A DNA stretch of 25,174 nt from a virus (Duplodnaviria; Caudoviricetes). Positions within the stretch are counted from its first letter, which is position 1, and each line of letters opens with the position of its first letter. The DNA lies in IMG/VR virus record IMGVR_UViG_3300031811_000011, positions 1 through 25,174 of that record; one strand, given 5' to 3'. Both the position numbers and the translations under genes were made by a program. Under the pieces are notes generated by a model. The model worked only from the letters and a program-made list of their open reading frames with translations, did no database searches and had not been told where the DNA came from. Below are positions 1 to 8,495 of the stretch, one piece after another.

Positions 1-339
1 CTCTGCCACACCTTTGTTTACTCTGGCCCATTGGATGTATCTTCTTAAAAGACTTGAACCCCATCCCCTTCCTTTCTGAGTTACATAAAAGAAAAGATCA
101 GCAGATTGTTTCTTTCTGGAGTACCATAACTGGTTAGTAACACCAATAAAGACACCCTCTATTACACCAACTATCTCTACTACATTAACCAAGTGCTCTG
201 CTGAGAGAATACAAACTTGAACATTCTTTCTGATAATTTCTTCAGCTAAAGGAACACCCTTAGAGGAGGATTCTTTATGTGCTTCCTTAACAACTTTTAT
301 TATTTGAGGAATGTCGCCATTAACAGCGGCTCTAATCAA
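1..339 (-). CDS. GNAT-family acetyltransferase-like protein, truncated at window edge
   Basis: Not in ORF track; hand-translated. TTG start overlaps the TGA of 336..1601 (TTGA) and the frame stays open for 113 codons to base 1: MIRAAVNGDIPQIIKVV...FFYVTQKGRGWGSSLLRRYIQWAR. The N-terminal IRxAxxxD and acetyl-CoA motif A (xxGxGxG..LL) fit GNAT. Confidence 0.75.
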   Translation of the reverse strand, partial: MIRAAVNGDIPQIIKVVKEAHKESSSKGVPLAEEIIRKNVQVCILSAEHLVNVVEIVGVIEGVFIGVTNQLWYSRKKQSADLFFYVTQKGRGWGSSLLRRYIQWARVNKGVAE

Positions 340-1601
340 GTGCCACCTTCATAGTTACTATATGGATGAGCGCCTTGGAACCAATCTAGTATCCCTGCCG
401 CGCTAGCACGATCCCTCATTTCTGACCAATTGGCTCTAGTTATATTGGTATTTATATAATCTTTTTCGGAGGACTGTTCATCAGTATCTCCACCATCATC
501 ATCATCGTCGTCATCTTGGTTGTCCCACATGTCCTTCCATTTATCTATCCACTCACTAGGTGCCAAGTTCTCACCAAATATCATATCCCATATAAATGCG
601 CTGGCTTCTGCATTGTCTGATATGGTTGACAAAATAGTTGCCGCATCAATCTTTATGCCCTGTAACTGTACGTCTATGCCCATCTTACCTAGTTGAAACT
701 GAAGATCGGCTACGTATTTAGCCTTATCAAATCCAACATCTATCCCATACTTTTGCATGTCGATACCGTATTCTTTTAATTCTGCATCGGTATCTATTCC
801 ATATCTTTGCAACTCAGCGGCAACTTTTGTTTTCCACCTGTTAGTAATATCCGCTATGTTAGCCGCCTGAATCTGATAACCACCGGCTATATGGGATAAT
901 GTTTCTTGAATAACACCCTTCAATCGAGTGTTCATATCCTCATAGTAAGCTGTGTTCTGCAATGTTCTATGCCTTTCAAGCATTCTTGCATCAGCTTCTG
1001 CTATAGGACCGGCTACAGAGAAAAGCGCTCTCATAACCTCCTCTTGTCCCATAGAAGCGTTACGACCTAAACCACGACCAGCCATCGCTCTAACTCTAGC
1101 TTCTGCGGCCTCTCTAAATAGTGGGCTATTCTTATCAAGGAGATCGCGGATTCTATTTTCTACATATTCATCATCTGATACTGGTAGTAACTTAATGTTA
1201 GTCGGGATAATGCTTTTATTGGGGTCATGCGCTGGCCCTTCATATTTTGCTTTTTCTGTGGGTTCAGTAGGAATATTTAACTTAGTAGTCTTGGTATAAG
1301 TTGGTGCTTTAGCAGTCGAGGCAGGTGCTGTACTTGTTGCTGTTCCTGTTCCTGTTGCTGTGCTCGTTGCTGTACTCGTAGTTGTTGATGTTGCCTTCTT
1401 CCACGAATGACCATGAGTCTGTACTGTTGCTTGCGCTTGGGTTAGGTTACCTTTCTTTATTAAATCTTTTACTACAGTTTTATAATTATCATAGTAACCT
1501 TTCATATTCTTATCATTTGGATCAAGCTTTTGACCCGTTTGATAAGTGCCACCTTTTACCCAGTCATCATAAGAGGGAATCTTTAAATTCGGATTTGCCA
1601 T
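336..1601 (-). CDS. putative internal virion / DNA ejection protein
   Basis: 421 aa directly after the nozzle gene; helical Ala/Gln-rich core, repeated YGID units, Thr/Ala linker, poly-Asp tract. Function inferred from position and composition. Confidence 0.55.
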   Translation of the reverse strand: MANPNLKIPSYDDWVKGGTYQTGQKLDPNDKNMKGYYDNYKTVVKDLIKKGNLTQAQATVQTHGHSWKKATSTTTSTATSTATGTGTATSTAPASTAKAPTYTKTTKLNIPTEPTEKAKYEGPAHDPNKSIIPTNIKLLPVSDDEYVENRIRDLLDKNSPLFREAAEARVRAMAGRGLGRNASMGQEEVMRALFSVAGPIAEADARMLERHRTLQNTAYYEDMNTRLKGVIQETLSHIAGGYQIQAANIADITNRWKTKVAAELQRYGIDTDAELKEYGIDMQKYGIDVGFDKAKYVADLQFQLGKMGIDVQLQGIKIDAATILSTISDNAEASAFIWDMIFGENLAPSEWIDKWKDMWDNQDDDDDDDGGDTDEQSSEKDYINTNITRANWSEMRDRASAAGILDWFQGAHPYSNYEGGT

Positions 1602-1605
1602 ATTG

Positions 1606-3519
1606 TTATCTCTTTAAGCCGCGATCAGAATATTGAACTACAGCGCCCTGCAATGTTACAGGCTTATCGTAGATAGAACTATTTTTTATAAGAATTCCCA
1701 TATTTTCTCCCTGTCCTGCAATTCTTGTTCTTGCTTTATCCATGATAGCAACACCTAATGAGTCATTAGAAACATCATCTACATTCCACTCATCATTTGT
1801 AACATCTACAGAGTAAACAGTAGATACTGGGACAGTCCCATCTCCATAATTAAAATCTGGGTATATATCTAATGTTGTACTAGTATCAGCAGACAATTCT
1901 AGCAAAATTTCTCTAAATCTTTTCTTAAGTTGTGGAGTCCCGTAATGGAAATAAGCTAATCTAATAAAAGAAGCTACCGTGGCACCATCAAAGGACGTAC
2001 CAGAATCAATTTTTCTAACGTAGCCATCTTCAAATCCACCGTATAGAACCTCATCTCCATTAGCATCTTCTGCGGAACAGGCACAAATTATTTGATCAGA
2101 CAGAGTAAAAGGAAGTATCCCTTCATTCTTTCCATTTATAAATGTCATGGCTATGCCAGTTTTGTCAGTAAAATATAATCTGTATTGATTTTTTTCTCTA
2201 ACTCTAAGAGCGGTAGCAACATTATCTTTATATTTTTGTACGAGAGGGTCTACTTTTTCTGATATGACGGATTGCTTGAAGTCGCCAAAATTCAAAGTAG
2301 CATTTACAGATGTAATTCCCCTATCATCTAAGAATATAGTGCTATGTATCTTTTGTACTGTCTTATCTACTGCACCTGAACCGCTATAAAATGTTGTTAG
2401 ATTCCAATCAGCAGAAGAAGTTCCATACAAAACGTAAGTATTGTTTCTTCCAAATACAGCTAAAGCATCTTTAGATTCTATAGACAGTCCTGTTATTTCA
2501 TCGCCTACAACAATTTCAGCCGCACCAGAAGTGGTACTAAAAATGGTAGGCAATTGTAGACTTGAGTTTTGTAGAGAGCCTTTGGGAAAGGTAAGAAACA
2601 AATGATTATTGTAAGCTTCTACATACTTTGGGGTATCGACTGTCATCCCGGTGCGTATTTTTACAAAAGTAGTTCCATCATACTCAAATGCGTTATCTAC
2701 AGTATTAGCACCGTACATCTTTGCAATGCCTTCAGAGCCTTTGAAATTAAAATTTACAAAATCATAAACGCCATTGACTTCAAGTGTTTGAGCATATTGA
2801 GTCCCATAAGCCTTCGCAATCGTTTGGGAAGCTGGTTGTCCTGAACCATTAATGTCAGCCCTTTTCGCTCCCGAAACTGTGATGTCTTCTCCATCAGTCC
2901 ATGTCCCGCTACTATCTATAACAGATAAAAATCCTGCTGCATCATCACTAGACCATGCACCAGATGCTATCTGAATCTTTTTAACTGTTGCAGTCTGTCC
3001 AGAGGTTCCACCGACGATAGCGTCACCTTCTAAAATCTCTACAAGACCTCCATCAAAAGCAATTGTAGGACAGCTAAGATTCTCATCTGTTACAAAAGTT
3101 CCAGTAACACTTGTTAAAACGACTGTTCCACTTGCGCCCGTGTCCCAGTTTCCATAATAGGAAACACCAGCTATTGTTCCAGTTGCTCCATTTGCGCCCG
3201 TTAAAACAGCACCAACAACCATTTCACCATTAGTGGTTGTTGAGTCAAAATTAAGGGCAGTTCCTAAAGCTATTTCTGACCACCCAGAAGTGGTGGACTT
3301 GTACATACCAGCAGAGGCTCCGCCAGATTTATTTCTAAAGGCATATATATCCCCACTATATCCCCATACACCTAGAACATTTCCCTCACCGGGAACAACA
3401 GTAATAGTTTCCCTCTTCTCTTCAATTCTACCTTGTAACTCTGTGACTAGTGTAGAGTCAGCGGTGGCATCCCTTAATACAGGGGGACCATGTGAAAGAC
3501 AAGTGGCATAAAGCCCCAT
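1606..3519 (-). CDS. tail nozzle / head-closure (tubular protein B, P22 gp10-like) protein, C-terminal portion
   Basis: 637 aa, beta-rich with propeller-like segments (AYNNHLFL, LAVFGRNNTYVLYG, IFLDDRGI) and a C-terminal DSGTSFDG...KKRFR domain typical of podovirus nozzles; lies downstream of the adaptor gene. Confidence 0.7.
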   Translation of the reverse strand: MGLYATCLSHGPPVLRDATADSTLVTELQGRIEEKRETITVVPGEGNVLGVWGYSGDIYAFRNKSGGASAGMYKSTTSGWSEIALGTALNFDSTTTNGEMVVGAVLTGANGATGTIAGVSYYGNWDTGASGTVVLTSVTGTFVTDENLSCPTIAFDGGLVEILEGDAIVGGTSGQTATVKKIQIASGAWSSDDAAGFLSVIDSSGTWTDGEDITVSGAKRADINGSGQPASQTIAKAYGTQYAQTLEVNGVYDFVNFNFKGSEGIAKMYGANTVDNAFEYDGTTFVKIRTGMTVDTPKYVEAYNNHLFLTFPKGSLQNSSLQLPTIFSTTSGAAEIVVGDEITGLSIESKDALAVFGRNNTYVLYGTSSADWNLTTFYSGSGAVDKTVQKIHSTIFLDDRGITSVNATLNFGDFKQSVISEKVDPLVQKYKDNVATALRVREKNQYRLYFTDKTGIAMTFINGKNEGILPFTLSDQIICACSAEDANGDEVLYGGFEDGYVRKIDSGTSFDGATVASFIRLAYFHYGTPQLKKRFREILLELSADTSTTLDIYPDFNYGDGTVPVSTVYSVDVTNDEWNVDDVSNDSLGVAIMDKARTRIAGQGENMGILIKNSSIYDKPVTLQGAVVQYSDRGLKR

Positions 3520-4144
3520 TATCCTATCCTATATACCATTAACTGCCCAAACCACAGAAGCATATTCTGGCTACTTCCATTGTCATGCTTTAGCCTAGCG
3601 TATACGTCTGTATAGGTTGTATGTCCAGTAGCGTCAATTATTCCGCACATATTAAAATTAGCAGAATCATTGGCATTAGTTATATACTGTGATGATTTTA
3701 AAGCCGGAGCGTCTGTAGTACTTCCTCCTGTATTATCGGTAGATATCATAGCAGTCCAAATGATATTGGCAGTAGCTGATTGCTTTATTGATAAGTTACA
3801 ATTAACAGCGTAAAACCCTTTGTCATAAATTCTAATCTGGTCATTAGCAAAATCCGCGTCTGATCCAACAGTTGTTGCTGATACCGTTCCAGTATCCTGT
3901 GCTACGTCTGATCCAGATGACCCTAAAGACCAATCCACAGTTACTGTGGTTGCATTAGCTACTGCTTGAGTAGCTGGAGTTCCATCCCCTGCGGCATTGT
4001 TTATACAAGCGTAACCGCCCATACCGGATTCTGTAAATTGCCTAACCATCTGAGCCGTAATTGCCCCTGTGGTGTTATTAGCAAAACTAGTTCCGGTTAA
4101 GTACGCTCTAGTTTGCCTTAATGCTGTTGGTGTTCCCATTATCC
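3515..4144. repeat. 10-nt direct repeat flanking the 206-aa gene
   Basis: CCCATTATCC at 3515-3524 and 4135-4144 (GGATAATGGG on minus). Confidence 0.85.
3519..4139 (-). CDS. short fibre/decoration protein with probable C1q/TNF-like C-terminal domain
   Basis: 206 aa; N-terminal FANNTTGAITAQMVRQF resembles a recurrent phage fibre N-terminus; IRIYDKGFYAVNCNLSI resembles the C1q/BclA-type I-x-x-x-G-x-Y strand. TAATG-coupled at both ends. Confidence 0.5.
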   Translation of the reverse strand: MGTPTALRQTRAYLTGTSFANNTTGAITAQMVRQFTESGMGGYACINNAAGDGTPATQAVANATTVTVDWSLGSSGSDVAQDTGTVSATTVGSDADFANDQIRIYDKGFYAVNCNLSIKQSATANIIWTAMISTDNTGGSTTDAPALKSSQYITNANDSANFNMCGIIDATGHTTYTDVYARLKHDNGSSQNMLLWFGQLMVYRIG

Positions 4145-4660
4145 ATACTCCACATTGAATCCAGCGCCAAATGCGCTATCTGTATTTAGAAAATATATAG
4201 TCTCTCCGTCTTGAAGAGTTCCACTAGTGACCGTAAAGTAGATGTATCCTTCTGCGTCATCATCTATGAATGCACCAGCGGCGGTAACTATCTCTTCTAC
4301 AGTTACAACCAGAACTTGGCCTATAGCCCCGCTAGTCTCTCCCTTAATCGTGCTACCCACGCGAGGTATCTGAAGATCAAATGCTATGCTATACGCGCTA
4401 TCAAAGACAGAATCTTTCGCGCTACCAATAGTGTATGGTATTCTGTAATACGTTATAGCAGACGGTAGCCCAGTGCCATCATCCCTTTCATACCCATCTA
4501 ACCTATGGTATCTTCCCCTAATATCCACTTCAAAATTATTTGCTGCCATGCACTCTCCCGGCTGTAGGGAAAGAACTGGATCAATAATATTTAATCCACC
4601 TGCAAATGGAAAGTATTTAGTATTAGTGGAGCTTCTCGCGCCAGTATTAAACAAACTCAT
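4139..4660 (-). CDS. tail nozzle protein, N-terminal portion
   Basis: 173 aa; FAGGLN..DP..L.PGE....NF.....G...R.DGY is the usual start of nozzle/gp10-like proteins; carries one copy of the GxTSGxxG...G...GE domain that recurs twice in 1606..3519. Confidence 0.65.
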   Translation of the reverse strand: MSLFNTGARSSTNTKYFPFAGGLNIIDPVLSLQPGECMAANNFEVDIRGRYHRLDGYERDDGTGLPSAITYYRIPYTIGSAKDSVFDSAYSIAFDLQIPRVGSTIKGETSGAIGQVLVVTVEEIVTAAGAFIDDDAEGYIYFTVTSGTLQDGETIYFLNTDSAFGAGFNVEYG

Positions 4661-5346
4661 TCTGGCACTACCGTATAGTTTTCAAGATTCTGAACAACAG
4701 AGAACCTTCTATCCCTCTGTGATGGAAGTTGGTCAGCTTCTAACTTACCAAGCAAGTCATTAAACTCAGAAATAGCAGAACCCATAACTTCTGCGGCATC
4801 GTTCTGCTCTGCATAATACACTTTAGCCCTACATATAATAATTCTTTGGAATCTTGTAGGTATCACAGGGGTATCTGTAGTAGCGCTTAATGTGGTTGGA
4901 GTTTTCCAATATTCGGCAGTAAGTGTTGTTGCCGCATCAGGAGTAGGATATAAATCAATTACATTATCTGGCTTAACTGAAAAGAACTCTGGAACTCCAG
5001 TGTCTACAGTTCCATATTTATAATCTTCCCTATATTCTCTCCATCCTACATATCCAAGGGGTTGCCAATTTGCAGACGTTGGGGCATAGACAACAGAATC
5101 TATGTTCCACTGAGCCAGATCAGATGGAGAACTTATGGTTGATGTTGAAGCAACAGTAGTTGTAGAATGTTCTCCCCATAAAAAATCCCAGTTAAACCAC
5201 ATACTACAGATATCTGTATTAGCATCTTTAATGTATCGAACTACGTCTGCTTCATCTTCTGCTGTTGGTGTAACAGTAGACGGGCCTGTGCCGGGTATTC
5301 CAACTTCCCTAGCCATATCTTGACAAAGTTCTATATATGTACTCAT
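4657..5346 (-). CDS. head-tail adaptor (tail tubular protein A-like)
   Basis: 229 aa; TYIELCQD, WDFL, G.P..F, LYPTPD, D.PVIP.RF motifs characteristic of podovirus adaptors; precedes the nozzle gene. Confidence 0.8.
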   Translation of the reverse strand: MSTYIELCQDMAREVGIPGTGPSTVTPTAEDEADVVRYIKDANTDICSMWFNWDFLWGEHSTTTVASTSTISSPSDLAQWNIDSVVYAPTSANWQPLGYVGWREYREDYKYGTVDTGVPEFFSVKPDNVIDLYPTPDAATTLTAEYWKTPTTLSATTDTPVIPTRFQRIIICRAKVYYAEQNDAAEVMGSAISEFNDLLGKLEADQLPSQRDRRFSVVQNLENYTVVPE

Positions 5347-6419
5347 TTAAGATTCCTTAATATATCTTGCGCTACTTTAAGATGGTCTATATTTGCGGCG
5401 CATAAAGAAGCCCCTGTTTCCTTATCCCTATTACAAGTGGCAAAGCCAAAATGTAACTTATGGCAAGGAAAGCAAGGGCAATCATCTGGTTCCATAGATG
5501 TGGTGTTTCTCCAATGCTTTGTTAAATTCTCTTTAGATGAATGAGAAAGAAAAATACACTTGTGATTTTTCATGGCACTAGCAGCATTTAACAAACCAGT
5601 TTCTGGCCCTACAATTACATCACAATGAGGAAGAAACGAAAGAGTTTTTGTAATAGACCATTTTCCAGACTTGGTTATTACTCTAGGTTCATTCTCCCAT
5701 CCAGCCTCAAGAAGCTGGCAAATTTCGTCACCCATTGTAATTATGCTAACATCCTTTCTTTTTAAAAGAAGAGTAGCAATAACATTATCTATCCAAGGAT
5801 ACACTTTATGAACAGAAGAACCAGAGAGAACAACCATTACCACATTCTTTGTCTTAATTTTCTTCCTAGTTTTTTTAGCCCATCTCTTTTCTAATGATGA
5901 AGGATAATAAAAAGGAGCATGTTTAAAATCTATACCCGCTATTCTATGAGTTTCCTCAAGATAGTTTTTATTACACAGTTCGTGTATCCTTTCCTTGGGC
6001 CAATCATATTCTTCACAGCCTTCAACAACATGAGGTCTACCATCAATCTCAATAGTTCTTTTAGGATTAAGAAGTAAAGTTCCTTCTATAGATTCTGATA
6101 ACTGGATAAACTTATCAAAACATAGCGACATTTTTTCCCAGTATTCGCCAAGAGAAAAATTACTTATTTGATTATCATTTTGAACTATCAACTCATCAAC
6201 ATAAGGATTATTCAAAAGAAGAGAATTACCTATCTCAGTAGTATTAACACAGACCCTATATCCCATTTCCTTTAACACTGGAAACAAAGAGGAAGCCTGA
6301 ATCATATCCCCAAAACCACCGTACCTTACAACACATGCAGTTTTTTCTTCTCTTATACCACCAAAATCTTTTGGCAAGTAGTCTTCTACTATTTTAGTAG
6401 TAACATATATCTTCTTCAT
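5343..6419 (-). CDS. glycosyltransferase family 9 (heptosyltransferase-like)
   Basis: 358 aa; VVRYGGFGDMI, NNPYVDELI, K.YP, CDVIVGPETGLLNAASA and the C-terminal CPCFPCH...C...C cluster are GT9 hallmarks. Confidence 0.85.
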   Translation of the reverse strand: MKKIYVTTKIVEDYLPKDFGGIREEKTACVVRYGGFGDMIQASSLFPVLKEMGYRVCVNTTEIGNSLLLNNPYVDELIVQNDNQISNFSLGEYWEKMSLCFDKFIQLSESIEGTLLLNPKRTIEIDGRPHVVEGCEEYDWPKERIHELCNKNYLEETHRIAGIDFKHAPFYYPSSLEKRWAKKTRKKIKTKNVVMVVLSGSSVHKVYPWIDNVIATLLLKRKDVSIITMGDEICQLLEAGWENEPRVITKSGKWSITKTLSFLPHCDVIVGPETGLLNAASAMKNHKCIFLSHSSKENLTKHWRNTTSMEPDDCPCFPCHKLHFGFATCNRDKETGASLCAANIDHLKVAQDILRNLK

Positions 6420-6667
6420 GACATATGCGTTATAACTTTTTCTCTGACCGACTCAATCTTTTCATTATTCGAGAATTTAATACCCTCATCTCTTGCATAA
6501 TGCATTAAAAGAGTTCTGCCACCTAATCCTTTTTGTTTTTTCGCCCAGTTAATATCTTTTTCTGTTACTTCTTCACCAGACGCATCAAAATTAAAACCGC
6601 CTTGCTCATACCTTATTTTTCGAGCGCCATAAATTGTGGCATAAGGTTTCTCCCAATCAATCTCCAC
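6416..6667 (-). CDS. hypothetical protein
   Basis: 83 aa; GGAG upstream; ATGA overlap with GT9. Confidence 0.7.
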   Translation of the reverse strand: MEIDWEKPYATIYGARKIRYEQGGFNFDASGEEVTEKDINWAKKQKGLGGRTLLMHYARDEGIKFSNNEKIESVREKVITHMS

Positions 6668-6676
6668 TTAATCTCC

Positions 6677-6871
6677 TCAGTCTACAGACCAACCAACCCA
6701 TTCAGGTTTGTTTCCAACTCTAGCGTTGTTCTGTTTTTGGTTATCTTCATTCATATAAGTATCTTTTCCATCTACCAAAGTATAGCCACTCTCACGTGGA
6801 TTATTTTCTGGCTTTGATTTCTTATTGAAAGTATCTCTTTGAAATTTACCACCCATGATAATTTCTATCAT
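6677..6871 (-). CDS. hypothetical protein
   Basis: Track ORF 6677..6883; ATG at 6871 (MIEIIMGG) preferred because the TTG at 6883 lies in the terminator T-tract. Confidence 0.55.
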   Translation of the reverse strand: MIEIIMGGKFQRDTFNKKSKPENNPRESGYTLVDGKDTYMNEDNQKQNNARVGNKPEWVGWSVD

Positions 6872-6881
6872 AATCTTCCCC

Positions 6882-6907
6882 AAGAGAAAGGGGGGCTTTC
6901 ACCCCCC
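6882..6907 (-). terminator. Rho-independent terminator
   Basis: Minus strand GGGGGGT-GAAA-GCCCCCC-TTTCTCTT: 7-bp stem (6 G-C plus one U-G), GNRA tetraloop, interrupted U tract, intergenic. Confidence 0.85.
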
Positions 6908-6915
6908 GATCCATA

Positions 6916-7098
6916 TTAACGAAAGTTAAAAGAGCCTTCGGAAGGCGTTGAAACTTTCTTTTTTACGATTCCCATGGGCATCTGGTTTGGGCCGTGACTA
7001 TCCATCCCCAATTCCTTGGGGCTTTCAGTAGCCTTTTCCAAACTAGACAAACCATTTTCAGGAATTTTACCGTCTGCTGAATGTTTATTACTAGCCAT
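6916..7098 (-). CDS. small hypothetical protein in the capsid transcript
   Basis: Start moved to ATG 7098 (MASNKH), preceded by AGGAGGAAAT; 60 aa, hydrophilic. Confidence 0.7.
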   Translation of the reverse strand: MASNKHSADGKIPENGLSSLEKATESPKELGMDSHGPNQMPMGIVKKKVSTPSEGSFNFR

Positions 7099-7106
7099 AT
7101 TTCCTC

Positions 7107-7502
7107 CTAGTACCAAAGAACTGATACATAACCGTAGCCTTTACCTGCCGCAGTACCAGAATCAGTTCCCTCTGTAACGGTAACTTCAATCTGTGTATCC
7201 GCAGGTAACGCTTCGATAATGATCGCATCAGTATCGTCTTGGACATTAAAGCAGTTAGTCAACGCAGTTCCATCCGGGATGTTTAACTGACCATAATAAT
7301 TTGGATCAGCAGTTGTGCCAATCGAAATATTTGCTTCAGTTGCATCATCTGCGAATGTCTCAGTGACATGAAGACCTATATCAATAAGCATTCCCTGCTT
7401 ACCAGTTGGGCCTTTGAAACTCCAATCAACAGCAGTTCCATTACCCATATCATTGTCATGACCATAAGAATAGGTGGTCATTAATGCTTGTGAATAACTC
7501 AT
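7107..7502 (-). CDS. putative capsid decoration / auxiliary capsid protein
   Basis: 131 aa beta-rich acidic protein right after the MCP with a perfect AGGAGGT RBS (7508-7514); function inferred from position. Confidence 0.5.
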   Translation of the reverse strand: MSYSQALMTTYSYGHDNDMGNGTAVDWSFKGPTGKQGMLIDIGLHVTETFADDATEANISIGTTADPNYYGQLNIPDGTALTNCFNVQDDTDAIIIEALPADTQIEVTVTEGTDSGTAAGKGYGYVSVLWY

Positions 7503-7515
7503 AATATACCTCCTA

Positions 7516-8484
7516 TTAAGATGCGCTGTCCCAAATCACGATACGTGACTGGGCTGCTTGAGTGTGTGTAATGCCAAAGCCACCTAAGTAATACCAAGCT
7601 ATGCCACGGTCCCTTCCAAAGTCGCCGGGAATTTTCCCACGAATTTCTTCTGGAACTGCGATAGCTTCTGCAACCGTATCCTCGCCAAAGAATACAGCCC
7701 AATCACTTAGACCATTGCTCCAAGCAGCGGCAGATGTACCCATACCAGAACCTTTAGCAATGTGTGTCTGCTCGACGAAACGAACGCCATCGTATCTACC
7801 TATTTCACCATTCATGATCATCTGAAATCCTTGATCCACATACTGGTGGATAGATTCAAGATCAGCCTTCAAGGTGGCGTAGGTTGACGGCCATGCAAGA
7901 CAGTAATAATCATCGCCGGTGTAGGCGGGGATATTACGTTCTTTCATAAGATCGACCATCAATCGAACATGTAACTTACCAAGGGCAACACTGTTGACTA
8001 GTGTAGCTGTACCATTCGTGGTTAATGTCAACGCAGTTGTACTAGACCCACCAGTTGGGACTGCACGTAGTGCGGCGGCATCAAACTGAGCGGCGGCTAA
8101 AACGTCAAATGCTTTCTTGGCATCGTTCTTTAACACTTTTCTAACGATCTCACGAACTGGTTGTTCGCTTAAGTCGTCAAGTTTCCCGGTCCATGGGACT
8201 GAGTTACCTGCTTCTGTAATCGTCATCGTACCCTGAGAAATCGTAAATGATGTCTCTGGGATGGTATTCGTTTCCGTCAGGGTAGTACCCTGAGTGGCAA
8301 CGTCACTAAACACGTTCCAATGGAATGTATCGCCACGGTGCAAACCTTGATGTGCGGCATCTTTAATGTCGCAAAACTGTCGAAATTTGACAACAGGCTG
8401 AACCGCCATTCTCAACTCACGGCTGAGATTTAGCGCATACATATACCCACCGGAAGTGTTGACAGACCATACTTGTCCTGCCAT
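7516..8484 (-). CDS. major capsid protein (HK97 fold, N4-gp56-like family)
   Basis: 322 aa; QP..KFRQF, GDT..W, L.E...IP, GEIGRYDGVRFVE, D.GR..GIAWYYLGGF motifs; follows portal and scaffold. Confidence 0.92.
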   Translation of the reverse strand: MAGQVWSVNTSGGYMYALNLSRELRMAVQPVVKFRQFCDIKDAAHQGLHRGDTFHWNVFSDVATQGTTLTETNTIPETSFTISQGTMTITEAGNSVPWTGKLDDLSEQPVREIVRKVLKNDAKKAFDVLAAAQFDAAALRAVPTGGSSTTALTLTTNGTATLVNSVALGKLHVRLMVDLMKERNIPAYTGDDYYCLAWPSTYATLKADLESIHQYVDQGFQMIMNGEIGRYDGVRFVEQTHIAKGSGMGTSAAAWSNGLSDWAVFFGEDTVAEAIAVPEEIRGKIPGDFGRDRGIAWYYLGGFGITHTQAAQSRIVIWDSAS

Positions 8485-8488
8485 AACT

Positions 8489-8495
8489 ACCTCCT
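8489..8495 (-). promoter_or_regulatory. strong Shine-Dalgarno of the major capsid gene
   Basis: AGGAGGT-AGTT-ATG on the minus strand. Confidence 0.8.

Noticed and set aside
3515-4144. T4 gene 60-like ribosomal bypass or intron rejoining the nozzle halves (GGA followed by stop)
   Set aside because: The gap is 620 nt, both downstream GGA triplets are followed by stops, no group I/II intron features or homing endonuclease are visible, and the insert is a normal coupled gene.
7499-7702. Alternate-frame ORF at the capsid 3' end as a programmed frameshift extension
   Set aside because: It ends only 17 nt past the capsid stop, is not in frame with the next gene, and I saw no convincing slippery site.
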